Of a stretch of DNA of 64,000 bases, positions 8,861 through 17,826 are shown piece by piece (the first letter of the stretch is position 1; the number at the start of each line of letters is the position of its first letter). The notes under the pieces were generated by a model. That model saw only the letters and a program-made list of their open reading frames with translations. It was not told the origin of the DNA and did not search any database. Made by a program: the position numbers and the translations under genes. Origin of the DNA: Myxococcales bacterium. Lineage in GTDB: Bacteria > Myxococcota_A > Polyangia > Polyangiales > DASUME01. Where the stretch lies: the NCBI GenBank assembly GCA_047601445.1, contig JASGJH010000001.1, forward strand, positions 5,120,001 to 5,184,000, read 5' to 3'.

Positions 8861-10513
8861 GTGCCGGCCACCACCGCAAGCTCGAGCCCGCGGCGCCACT
8901 GGATCAGCGGTATCCAGCGCCATCAGCCCATCGAACCCGTGATCGAGGGCGCCACCATCGCGAGCGACGTCGAGCAGCGTGTGCTCGCACTGCTCACCCA
9001 TGGGGGGCGCCCCCTCGACGACGTCCTGCGCGAGACCATCTATCACGAACGGCAGCGCCTGAATGGTCCGGCTACGCGCCGACAGGCCGTGGACCAACGC
9101 TTGCTCGAGCGCCTGCGTCAGGCCTTGCCCAGCGCGGACGCCCGCCACCAGGAGGAGCTCGTGCGCCTGGTGGTCCGCCACTACCTCACCGAGATCTCGG
9201 GACACTTCGATCCACGCGTGTACCGGCTGGCGACACGGGTCATGCCGCCCGCCCTCGGCGCGCTCCTGCACGGCATCAGCCTGCACAATCGCGATGTGTT
9301 CTACGTGGGCAATCGCATCTCGATCTCGGGACGCGTGGCCAGCCTGTGCAAGCTCAGCGCTCGCGGCACCATCCTGTTGGTGCCCACCCACGTGTCGAAC
9401 CTGGACTCCGTGATCCTGGGCTGGGCTCTCTCGAACTTCGGGCTGCGCCCGTTCGCCTACGGCGCGGGCCTCAACCTGTTCGAGCGGCCGTTGCTCGGCT
9501 TCTTCATGCAGCACCTGGGTGCCTACACGGTCGACCGCAGCAAGCACGACCCGCTCTATCGCTGGACACTCAAGGAGTACGCCACCGCGTTGCTCGAGCA
9601 CGGCCAGCACAGTCTGTTCTTTCCCGGTGGCACACGCAGCCGCTCCGGTGCGCTCGAGACGCGACTCAAGCTGGGCCTACTCGGTACGGGCATCGAGGCG
9701 ATGCGACGCTGCGCGGAGCAGGGCCGACCCAGGCGCGTTTTCGTGGTGCCGTGCACCCTCACCTATCCGCTCGTGCTCGAGGCAGAGAGCTTGATTAGGG
9801 ACTTCCTGCGCACCGAGGGCGGTCCGCAGTACTTCGAGGGCCCCGACGAGTCGGAGCATCTGCAGCGCTGGGTCGAGCTCATCCGCGGACTGTATCGGCT
9901 CGACCTGCAGGTACACCTGCGCTTCGGCGCGGCGCTCGATCCCATCGGCAACGAAGTGGACGACGAGGGGCGCTCCCAGGATCCGAGCGGACGCCTGGTG
10001 GATCCGCTCGACTATCTGCGCGCGACTTCCGACAGCTCCGAGGTGCGCCTCGACCCGGAGCGTGACGCCGAGTACACCCGACTGCTCTCGGCCCGCATCC
10101 TGGCGGCCTACCCGCGGGACGTGGTGGCCGTGTCCACCAGCGTGGCAGCCCACGCCATCTTCGAGCTGCTCACCGAGGCGAGCCGAGAGAGGAGCGTGTT
10201 CCGCATGCTGCAGGAGATTCCCCCGAGCGTGCCCTTGACGCTCGACGCCATCACGGCGCGTATCGCGCGCAGCCTACCCGCACTCGAGGCCGCGGAGCAG
10301 CGCGGCGAGATTACGCGGGCGGAGATCGTGCGGCGCGGATCGCCGGGCGTGATCCTCGAGAAGGCCATCGCGACCTTCGCCACCTACCACCACGAGCGCA
10401 TCGCGAGCCGCGAGGGAGAGCTCCTGCGCATCCATCGGCCCGACCTCGTCTACTACTACCAGAACCGCGTGGCCCCTCACCTCTCGTCCTCGAGCTCCGG
10501 AGGATCCCCATGA
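8861..10513 (+). CDS. Glycerol-3-phosphate/lysophospholipid acyltransferase (PlsB/PlsC superfamily)
   Basis: HX4D motif THVSNLD, AGLNL, FFPGGTRSRSG; coupled to gpsA. Confidence 0.85.
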   Translation: MPATTASSSPRRHWISGIQRHQPIEPVIEGATIASDVEQRVLALLTHGGRPLDDVLRETIYHERQRLNGPATRRQAVDQRLLERLRQALPSADARHQEELVRLVVRHYLTEISGHFDPRVYRLATRVMPPALGALLHGISLHNRDVFYVGNRISISGRVASLCKLSARGTILLVPTHVSNLDSVILGWALSNFGLRPFAYGAGLNLFERPLLGFFMQHLGAYTVDRSKHDPLYRWTLKEYATALLEHGQHSLFFPGGTRSRSGALETRLKLGLLGTGIEAMRRCAEQGRPRRVFVVPCTLTYPLVLEAESLIRDFLRTEGGPQYFEGPDESEHLQRWVELIRGLYRLDLQVHLRFGAALDPIGNEVDDEGRSQDPSGRLVDPLDYLRATSDSSEVRLDPERDAEYTRLLSARILAAYPRDVVAVSTSVAAHAIFELLTEASRERSVFRMLQEIPPSVPLTLDAITARIARSLPALEAAEQRGEITRAEIVRRGSPGVILEKAIATFATYHHERIASREGELLRIHRPDLVYYYQNRVAPHLSSSSSGGSP

Positions 10514-11526
10514 CGAGCAACGCTCCCCTGCAGATCGCCGTGCTCGGCGCCGGTGATTGGGGCTCTACGCTCGCGCTGATCGCCGCCGGCAATGGCCATC
10601 ACGTGGGCGTGTGGGCCCGCAGCGAGGCACGTTGCACCGCGCTCGAGCGTCGGGCGGCGCAGAGCCCGCTTCTGCTCGGCCCGGAGCGCACGGGCGGTTC
10701 ACTGCACGCCACGCTGCATCCCGAGCCCCTTCTCGAGTCCGCCGACCTGGTGCTGATGGCCGTGCCCTCGCCTGCCTTTCGCGAAGCCTGCCGCGGCCTG
10801 CGCGCGGCACTCGAGCCGCGCCATCTCTTGATCCATGGCACCAAGGGGCTCGAAGTCGGCTCGCTCAAGCGCATGTCGGAAGTGCTCCTGGAAGAGACCT
10901 GCGTGCGTCAGTTCGGTGCCCTGTCCGGCCCCAACATCGCCCCCGAGCTCGCGCAAGGAAAGCCGGCGGGCAGCCTGATCGCCTCGCCGTTTCCGCGCGT
11001 GGTCGAGCTCGGCAAGCGCGCGCTCTCGTGCCGCTTCTTCATGCTCTTTCACGGACCCGACTTGCTCGGACTCGAGCTGTGCGGTGCGCTCAAGAACGTG
11101 GTGGCCATCGCCGCCGGCATGGCCGACGCCATGCAGGTGGGCGAGAACGCCAAGGCCCTGCTCATCACGCGCGGTGCGGCCGAGATCCGGCGTTTGGCCG
11201 AGTCCATGGGTGCGCAGCCCAACACCATCACGGGCCTCGCCGGCATCGGGGATCTGATGGTCACCTGCGCCAGCCCCCACTCACGCAATCGGCGCCTGGG
11301 TGCCGCCCTGGCACGCGGGGAGAGCATGGAGAATGCGCAAGCCCAGCTCGGGATGGTCGCCGAAGGCGTGTATGCAGCCAAGGCCATCATGGTGCTTTCG
11401 CAACGTAAGGAGCTGCGCCTCCCCTTGCTGCAAAGCATCGCACGCGTGCTCTACGATGGAGTCGCCCCGCAGCGGGCCCTCGATGCGCTGATGCGCATGC
11501 CGGCTGGACACGAAGGAGCCGGCTGA
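10510..11526 (+). CDS. gpsA: NAD(P)H-dependent glycerol-3-phosphate dehydrogenase
   Basis: GAGDWGS, TKGLE, LSGPNIA, GALKNVVAIAAG, GLAGIGDLMVTCASPHSRN, VAEG. Confidence 0.95.
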   Translation: MTSNAPLQIAVLGAGDWGSTLALIAAGNGHHVGVWARSEARCTALERRAAQSPLLLGPERTGGSLHATLHPEPLLESADLVLMAVPSPAFREACRGLRAALEPRHLLIHGTKGLEVGSLKRMSEVLLEETCVRQFGALSGPNIAPELAQGKPAGSLIASPFPRVVELGKRALSCRFFMLFHGPDLLGLELCGALKNVVAIAAGMADAMQVGENAKALLITRGAAEIRRLAESMGAQPNTITGLAGIGDLMVTCASPHSRNRRLGAALARGESMENAQAQLGMVAEGVYAAKAIMVLSQRKELRLPLLQSIARVLYDGVAPQRALDALMRMPAGHEGAG

Positions 11527-11556
11527 GCGAGGGCCTCAGCCAACCCCGCCCGCGCG

Positions 11557-12528
11557 CTACTTGTTCACGCGATCGCAGGTGGGGTAAGGCCCGCAGGTCG
11601 AGAAGTCGCGAAACCACTTCTGAACGATCGACCCGTCAGGATTGCGGTCGTGCGTGGCCTCGAGCACCTCGAGTAGATGAGCCCGCGACATGGCGAGCGG
11701 TGCCTCGTAGGGCACGTAGGTGGTGCCCACCGGGTAGTCCGCGTACGGCCCCTTCTGCTCGATATGTGTGCCCAGCACGTGCGTCACGATCTTGTCGCTG
11801 GTGAAGTCGACCAGGCGTTGCGCACTGGCGGCGAAGACCTCGGGGTCGCCGTTGACGTAGATGCGACCGGGGTAGAGAGAGTCGCCCGTCAACAGCACAC
11901 CGGTCTGCCGGTCGTAGACCGCAATGCTCGTCACGTCGTGGCCGGGGACGGGGATGATATCGAGCACGCGCCCGCCGAGATCATAGGCCACCACGCTGTT
12001 CGGCCACTGCGTGATGCCGAACGCTTGCTGCAGCGCGGCCACGCTCCCGTTGGGGATCAACGTGACGTTGGGCAGATCGGTGAACTGATAGTCGCCGTAA
12101 GTGTGATCGCCATGGGAGTGCAGGTGGGTGACCACCAGCGGGATCGAACGTCGCTTGTGCTTGATCAACCAGAGGGCCATCACCTTCTTCACGGCGCCCG
12201 CGACGTCGGGTGCACCCGCCACCGACGTCGAGCCGGCACCGGTGTCGAACAAGATGGCCTTGTCTTTCCCGAAGAGCAGATACAGGAACGGCTTCTCATC
12301 GTTCACACAGCCCGACTCACGCAGGATGTAGAAGTCGTCGTTGTACGCGTGCACCTGGAACTCGGGCGAAAAGCGAGTGCAGTGAGGGCTTCCCGAGCTC
12401 CAAGCCGCAGGCAGCGCGCCGGGCACGACCTCGGCCACCGTATCGGCTGCGCGGGAGGTGGGGGAGAGCGACGTGAGCGCCAGAGCAAACGCGGCGCAGC
12501 CAGAAACCAGGCGATTTTTCCAAGACAT
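11557..12528 (-). CDS. Secreted MBL-fold metallo-hydrolase
   Basis: Signal peptide; LFDTG, HLHSHGDH (HxHxDH), PGHD, LTGDSLY. Confidence 0.88.
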   Translation of the reverse strand: MSWKNRLVSGCAAFALALTSLSPTSRAADTVAEVVPGALPAAWSSGSPHCTRFSPEFQVHAYNDDFYILRESGCVNDEKPFLYLLFGKDKAILFDTGAGSTSVAGAPDVAGAVKKVMALWLIKHKRRSIPLVVTHLHSHGDHTYGDYQFTDLPNVTLIPNGSVAALQQAFGITQWPNSVVAYDLGGRVLDIIPVPGHDVTSIAVYDRQTGVLLTGDSLYPGRIYVNGDPEVFAASAQRLVDFTSDKIVTHVLGTHIEQKGPYADYPVGTTYVPYEAPLAMSRAHLLEVLEATHDRNPDGSIVQKWFRDFSTCGPYPTCDRVNK

Positions 12529-12666
12529 GGGAGATGACACCTCATCTTTCGAACAACTGTCGAAACGATGGTTTTCTCCCATACTCAATTTTAGAATGTG
12601 TTTCGAAACGGATAATTGGAACGCATCAACCGCGCAGCGCGCTGCACGCCGCTCGTGTGCTCTCTC

Positions 12667-13443
12667 TCACGGTACGCCTTCGGTCACCAGCTGTTGAATG
12701 CGCGTGCGATGCGTGGACTTGGGGAAATCCTTCCCGAAGGCCTGCGCGCGTTGAGCCGCTGCGGGCTGCTTGCCGGTACGCACGAGCGCTTCGATGGCGA
12801 GCACCTCGCGCTCTTCGGCGAAGGCTCCACGTGGATACTCACGTGCATGCTCCTCGGCCAGCTCGAGCGTGCGACCGGGGTCGGCCAGGAGCACACGGCG
12901 CGCCCGCATCAAGATGGAGAGCTCGGCCGCCGGGTCGTGCTTTTCGACCTCGGGCGTGACGGTGGGCAGCTCGGCGGGCTTGACGCGCGCCTTCTTCTCC
13001 GCGCGCCTCACGGGCTGCTCGAGCGGTACAGGCGCAGGATCCACGCTCCGCTCGGGCCGGGCAGACAAGGCCTGCACAGAGGGATCTTCCACGGGCTGGG
13101 CAGGTTGGATCGGAACCACGATGGACGGAGCCTTGGGTTCCTGACGCGCCCAGTACATGCCGAGCAATCCGACCAGCGTGATCAGCATGCCGAACTTCAG
13201 GAGCGTGCCACTCCGCACGGACTTCACCGGACGAGGCGGACTCGGCGGTGCCGTCTCGGCAGCCGCTGCGGCCTCGGCAGCCAGGCGAGCCGAGAGCTCG
13301 GTGAACATACGCACCCGCTGATCGCCGTTGGGACCCACCTTGGCCTCGTGCGCGAGACCCAGGGCCACCGTCCGCCAATCGTCATCGCGCTCGAGCCAGC
13401 GCGGGGGGGCTTGACGTGGCTCATCCCGCACTCCTCTTCGCAT
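12667..13443 (-). CDS. Putative anti-sigma factor / membrane protein with C-terminal TPR-like helices
   Basis: Directly follows the ECF sigma; one TM (LLKFGMLITLVGLLGMYW), Pro-rich linker, ELSILMRARRVL...EEHAREYPRGAFAEEREVLAIEAL repeat typical of myxobacterial ECF partners. Start ambiguous: 13443 in frame, or 13424 via a slip in a G7 run. Confidence 0.7.
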   Translation of the reverse strand: MRRGVRDEPRQAPPRWLERDDDWRTVALGLAHEAKVGPNGDQRVRMFTELSARLAAEAAAAAETAPPSPPRPVKSVRSGTLLKFGMLITLVGLLGMYWARQEPKAPSIVVPIQPAQPVEDPSVQALSARPERSVDPAPVPLEQPVRRAEKKARVKPAELPTVTPEVEKHDPAAELSILMRARRVLLADPGRTLELAEEHAREYPRGAFAEEREVLAIEALVRTGKQPAAAQRAQAFGKDFPKSTHRTRIQQLVTEGVP

Positions 13444-13987
13444 AGGCACGCCGCTGTTGCGCCGCCTGAACCTTTTGTACGAAGCGCTGAATCTCCTCAC
13501 GCGCCGCGTACAAACGCGAGAGCGCCGTGCTCTCGGGAACATCGAGACTCGCTGCCACCTCGGCCATGGTGAGCCCCTCGAGCTCGTACAGCGCGAACAC
13601 CTCGCGCTTATCGTCGTCCATGCGCGTGAGCGCTTCGGCCGCCAGCTCCAGTACCTGCTTCTGCGAAGCGAGGTCGAAGGCCGTGACCAGCGAGGTCCCC
13701 GACGTGTGCTCACTCTCCTCGATATCGAGCACCTCGCGCCGGAGATGGGCCTTGCGCCGATGGCCGAGCGCCACACGCGCCGCGATACCGTAGACCCACG
13801 TGCGCATGCTGGAACGCCCCTCGAACTCGGGTAGCCTGCGATGCACCACCAAGAACACTTCCTGACAAGCGTCCTCGAGCTCGCGCTCAGGCACCCCGTG
13901 GCGCTTGAGCACGCGCCACACGAAGTCCACGTGCTCGGCGAAGAGCACATGGAAGTTCGTGCGAAGCTCGTGGACGTTGGGGTTCAT
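13421..13987 (-). CDS. RNA polymerase sigma-70 factor, ECF subfamily
   Basis: Region 2 (EDACQEVFLVVHRRLPEFEGRSSMRTWVYGIA) and region 4 (REVFALYELEGLTMAEVAASLDVPESTALSRLYAAR); ATGA overlap with lipoprotein A1. Confidence 0.95.
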   Translation of the reverse strand: MNPNVHELRTNFHVLFAEHVDFVWRVLKRHGVPERELEDACQEVFLVVHRRLPEFEGRSSMRTWVYGIAARVALGHRRKAHLRREVLDIEESEHTSGTSLVTAFDLASQKQVLELAAEALTRMDDDKREVFALYELEGLTMAEVAASLDVPESTALSRLYAAREEIQRFVQKVQAAQQRRAYAKRSAG

Positions 13988-15309
13988 TGGGGGAAGTCGA
14001 AGCGCGCTAGCTGATGAGTGGAGGTCAGGGCGTACACGGCATTGTCGTTGCCAGCGACCAGCTCGTAGGGAGCGATGCCCGGCACCAGCACGCAGCTCAC
14101 CTGCTGCGCGTCGTTCATCCGGCAAAGCGTGGCGGTCTGGGCGTCGCGCTCACCCGTGGAGGTGATCAAGTAGCTGCCTCCAACACGGTCTGGGGCCTGC
14201 TTGGAAACCGTCATCAGCGTGAACCCCACACGTTGTAGGAGCACTTCATCGACGCCCGCGTCATTCACGCGCATCCAATGGATGTCCCCGACCAAATCGT
14301 CAGGTGTCGCCACCACCACGCGCCCCGCAGAGTCAGCGGACAGGCTAACGGAAGCGCCGCCGCCGAAATAGCCCCTGGACAAGACATTGCCGGTCTTCCA
14401 GTCGAGATCCGAGACTTGCATCGCCCATTCGTACGTGGAGTCATCGCCCGACAGGGTTACCGGTTTTCCGTCCTTCGCGGGAGAAGCATTCAGAAAGTCC
14501 GTTCCCAGCTTTCTGTTGACCACCGTGAGCACGTCGGAGCTCTTCAAGAACGCGATCGCTTCGTTCGGTGAACCCTCGATCGGAATCTCCCCCAGCGCAC
14601 CTTGCTGCCAGCTAGCGTGACCGTCCGCCGAGGTCCGTTGCGCGATCATTCCTGCCTTGAAGCCGAGAAACATGAAGTTCGAACTCGTGGGATCGCGCTG
14701 CGCCGAACTGAGCGCCCCAAACTCGTGGAAGAAGCGCGTCGCCGGCTCCTGAGCCGTCGCCCCGAGCGCGATGAACTCGTGCCAGATGGCACCACTTCCA
14801 TCGGCATGGCCGACACAGTTCCAGGCCCAGCGCGTGCTGAACACGGAGTCCTGGCCTCCCATGAGGCCGTAGAGCGAGAGGACTGAGCCCTTGTCGTCGA
14901 TCTTTCCGTCGCAAGGAAGCTTGGCCGCGGGCATGCCGATGTCCTGGCTCCCGAGTTCCTTCTCGGCATCGAACTGGCGTACCTTGAACGTGAACTGTCC
15001 GTCCTGCTTCTGCACGACCCAGACGGTGCCGTTGGCGCCCGCAGTGAGGATGACTTCAGTGGTGTCCGTCGAACCGAGGTCCCAGGTGGTGGTCGGGCTC
15101 AAGGTCGGCAGGTCCCGCATCGGATAGGTCGCAACCAGGTTCGCCGCCCCCAGGCTTTCCGCCTTGGGCAGCTCGCAGCTCGACTCGATGCACGGTTCCT
15201 TCATGTTGCCGATGTTTCCCTGGTCTCCACAGGCCACGATCGACAGCGCCCATAGCGCACCGCGACCCGCCACCCAGCAACTGCCCTTGCCCTGTCCCAT
15301 TCGCTTCAT
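13984..15309 (-). CDS. Lipoprotein, array paralog A1 (probable beta-propeller)
   Basis: Lipobox IVACGD; shared motifs DWKTGNV, GRVVVA, GDIHW, GGSYLITSTGER, TLC..SC, RFDFP. Confidence 0.8.
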   Translation of the reverse strand: MKRMGQGKGSCWVAGRGALWALSIVACGDQGNIGNMKEPCIESSCELPKAESLGAANLVATYPMRDLPTLSPTTTWDLGSTDTTEVILTAGANGTVWVVQKQDGQFTFKVRQFDAEKELGSQDIGMPAAKLPCDGKIDDKGSVLSLYGLMGGQDSVFSTRWAWNCVGHADGSGAIWHEFIALGATAQEPATRFFHEFGALSSAQRDPTSSNFMFLGFKAGMIAQRTSADGHASWQQGALGEIPIEGSPNEAIAFLKSSDVLTVVNRKLGTDFLNASPAKDGKPVTLSGDDSTYEWAMQVSDLDWKTGNVLSRGYFGGGASVSLSADSAGRVVVATPDDLVGDIHWMRVNDAGVDEVLLQRVGFTLMTVSKQAPDRVGGSYLITSTGERDAQTATLCRMNDAQQVSCVLVPGIAPYELVAGNDNAVYALTSTHQLARFDFPQ

Positions 15310-15355
15310 GCCCGTTCGTGCGGGTCACTTGGCCTTTCCTCGAAACTTTTCTCGC
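15310..15355 (-). promoter_or_regulatory. Conserved promoter-like motif, copy 1 (AAAAGTTTCGAGGAA-N14-GCAC-N8-ATG)
   Basis: GAAAAGTTTCGAGGAA AGGCCAAGTGACCC GCAC GAACGGGC ATG. Confidence 0.75.
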
Positions 15356-15372
15356 TCTGGCCCTTCTTCCCT

Positions 15373-16458
15373 TCAAAACAGCAAACTGGGGCCCATATTC
15401 ACCACGTACGATACCCGGGGCACCTCGAAGGCCGTGGCGTCGTGGTCGATCACGAAGCGCCGGGAAAGCGCATTCACGCGCGCCGCTCCCGAGGCCGAGA
15501 GGCCCCAGTGCTCCGCCAGCCGCACCAGGAGCTCCAGCCCCAACGAGACCCCGAAGCCACTGAGAACAGCGCTGTCATTGCTCAAGAATCCGCTACCCTT
15601 CTGCCGCCACAGGGAGTACTCGGGCGAGAGGCAGGCCCGCAGGTGCAGGCGCCCCCCGAGGTCACCCCCCGAGCACATACCGATCACGAAATCGAATGCT
15701 TGGGCCTTCACCGCCGTGTTTTGGCTCAAGTGCATCCCCCCGAGCCCGGACGCGCCGCGAAAGGTGCTCACCATGCTCAGCCTGCGACGCAGGCGAGAAG
15801 CGAAGGAAAGGCTGGCACCCACGAGCGGATCCGGGGCGACCCCGAACTCGGCGAGAGCGGCCAGGCGTACGTCACGGGGCGGCCACGGACGGACGGACTC
15901 AGGCTTTGGAGTTGGGGCAAGAAGCGGGGCGGGCTCGGGCGGACTGAACTCCGGCACGGGTGCTGGCGGCATTTCATCGAGCTCACTCAGGAGCCGCTTC
16001 TCTGCGGGCTCTTCGCTCGAGAGCAGCCCCAGCAGTGCCGGGGGGAGATCCGCCAGAGAGAGATTCGGATCCACCATCATGGCCACGATGAACACCAGAG
16101 GCTCGTCGAGCTCACGACAGTCCACCGCGTTCTGCTCGAGCACACGCTGGCCACCCGGCGCGCCCCCACGCTCCGACAACGTGATGCGCGCGTAGTAGCG
16201 CCCAGGCGCCACCGCCTCGATGTGTCCCTCGATGAAGCGCGCCGCATGCGCAGGAGCATTCAGGCTGGTGCCGGTGAGTTGCTCCACCCGCTCCGCCAGC
16301 GTGGCGGGGTCGATGCAACCCACGGCGTTCTCGGAGCGCGACCAGTGCAACGCAGGAGCGTCACCGACATCGGCTTGGGCGCCGCTGGTGAGCGCGAGCG
16401 CGAGCACGGCGCCGCAGAGCGTGGCCCTCAGCCGAAACATCGAGCCGCTATGTAGCAA
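15373..16458 (-). CDS. Exported protein, paralog B1 (N-terminal Cys-containing domain, Pro linker, C-terminal beta-barrel-like domain)
   Basis: Signal peptide, LHWSRSENAVGCIDP...IEGHIE...CRELD..LVFIVAMMVDPNLS, amphipathic strands, terminal Phe; start 16458 or 16440. Confidence 0.75.
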   Translation of the reverse strand: MLHSGSMFRLRATLCGAVLALALTSGAQADVGDAPALHWSRSENAVGCIDPATLAERVEQLTGTSLNAPAHAARFIEGHIEAVAPGRYYARITLSERGGAPGGQRVLEQNAVDCRELDEPLVFIVAMMVDPNLSLADLPPALLGLLSSEEPAEKRLLSELDEMPPAPVPEFSPPEPAPLLAPTPKPESVRPWPPRDVRLAALAEFGVAPDPLVGASLSFASRLRRRLSMVSTFRGASGLGGMHLSQNTAVKAQAFDFVIGMCSGGDLGGRLHLRACLSPEYSLWRQKGSGFLSNDSAVLSGFGVSLGLELLVRLAEHWGLSASGAARVNALSRRFVIDHDATAFEVPRVSYVVNMGPSLLF

Positions 16459-16501
16459 AGCGAAGCAGGTTCTTCACTAGGTCTCGCCGCGCTACGAAAC
16501 C

Positions 16502-17761
16502 TCACAAGGGAAAGTCGTAGCGCACGAGGGAAGGCTTCTGCTGTATGAGCGGGTCAGTATGCACGGCGTAGAGGACTCCAGGCTGGTCCGAGACGGCGAG
16601 CTCAAATATGTTGGGCATCGGCATCACTGCGCACGAGATCGTTCCTGCGTCTCCCCAGCGACATACCGTCGGCTGCTCAGCGCCGCGCTCGCCCGAGCGG
16701 GTCAGGAGGTAGGTTCCTCCCAGCGCGTCAGGCTCCAACGCGTACGGATCCATCAGCGTATAGCTCGAGCGCACCATGGTCACACCATCCGTCGTCGTTC
16801 CATCGGACCGCAGCCATTCGATATCGCCCGACGAATTGGTTGCCGCAACCACCGAACGCCCACGAGAGTCGACGGCCACACGGTATTGTGACCACGGCAG
16901 GTAGTAGGCGTGCTGGGACACGACATTGCCGGTGTCCCAGTCCAACGTGAAGTGGGTGATGAGGTCCGGAGGTCCGAAGCGTCCCACCAACGCTAGCTGG
17001 TTCGCGGCGTCGAATGCGATGCGGAGTCCGCCAGCGGTGTCCAATGGCCCGGTCACAGGTCCAGTGGCTGACTGCTGCCACAGCAACTCGCCGTGGCCAT
17101 CGATGCGACTTGGAATCACACCGTTTCCCATGCTCAGCACGGCGTAATCCTTCGCGTTGGACAAACGTTGGATCGCATAGGGAGGCATGACCGTCGGATT
17201 GTCTCGATGAAGCAGCGTTCGAGTCGGCCCCTCCTGCACGGTCGCCCCGAATGAGACCAGCTCCAGCCGATAGTCCGCAGTTCTGCCGTCACAATAGGAT
17301 TGCCAGTCGGCCACGAGCAGTGGCCCTGGACTGCTCGTGACAATTCGTTGACTGACGATCGCTTGGTCGAGTTCGAAGGTGCAACCCGGCCCGGCCTCGG
17401 GAGCCGGAACGTCGAGCGCACCCAGCTCCGTGCCGTCGGCCTGAATCTGACGCACGTGGTAGGAGGACCCGGCCAAGGAGACTTCCCAGACGGTGCCATT
17501 GGTACCGGCCGCAATCGAACCGCTGAGCGGAATCGACCAGGCAGCCTCGAGCACCCCCATGCTCGGCATCACCTCGGTGACTTGGTCATCGGAGGCGGGT
17601 GACTGGGCCTCTTTCGGGAGCTCGCAGGAGATCTTCTCTCCCACGCAGAACGCGTTGTTCTCTCCGACGCTCGCCGAATCCCCGCATGCGCCCACGAGCA
17701 CCAGCCCCCCACCAAGCAGGACTGTCTTGTACTTCGCCATGAACACCGCCTTCACCTTCAT
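16502..17761 (-). CDS. Lipoprotein, array paralog A2
   Basis: Lipobox VGACGD; DWDTGNV, GDIEW, RSSYT, GGTYLLTRSGER, RYDFPL; start set from the promoter motif. Confidence 0.8.
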   Translation of the reverse strand: MKVKAVFMAKYKTVLLGGGLVLVGACGDSASVGENNAFCVGEKISCELPKEAQSPASDDQVTEVMPSMGVLEAAWSIPLSGSIAAGTNGTVWEVSLAGSSYHVRQIQADGTELGALDVPAPEAGPGCTFELDQAIVSQRIVTSSPGPLLVADWQSYCDGRTADYRLELVSFGATVQEGPTRTLLHRDNPTVMPPYAIQRLSNAKDYAVLSMGNGVIPSRIDGHGELLWQQSATGPVTGPLDTAGGLRIAFDAANQLALVGRFGPPDLITHFTLDWDTGNVVSQHAYYLPWSQYRVAVDSRGRSVVAATNSSGDIEWLRSDGTTTDGVTMVRSSYTLMDPYALEPDALGGTYLLTRSGERGAEQPTVCRWGDAGTISCAVMPMPNIFELAVSDQPGVLYAVHTDPLIQQKPSLVRYDFPL

Positions 17762-17807
17762 GCCCATGCGTGCAGCTGGGCGCATCGTTCCTCGAAACTT
17801 TTCTCGC
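17762..17807 (-). promoter_or_regulatory. Conserved promoter-like motif, copy 2
   Basis: GAAAAGTTTCGAGGAA CGATGCGCCCAGCT GCAC GCATGGGC ATG. Confidence 0.75.
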
Positions 17808-17826
17808 TCTCTCCGAGTGGCCAGCG

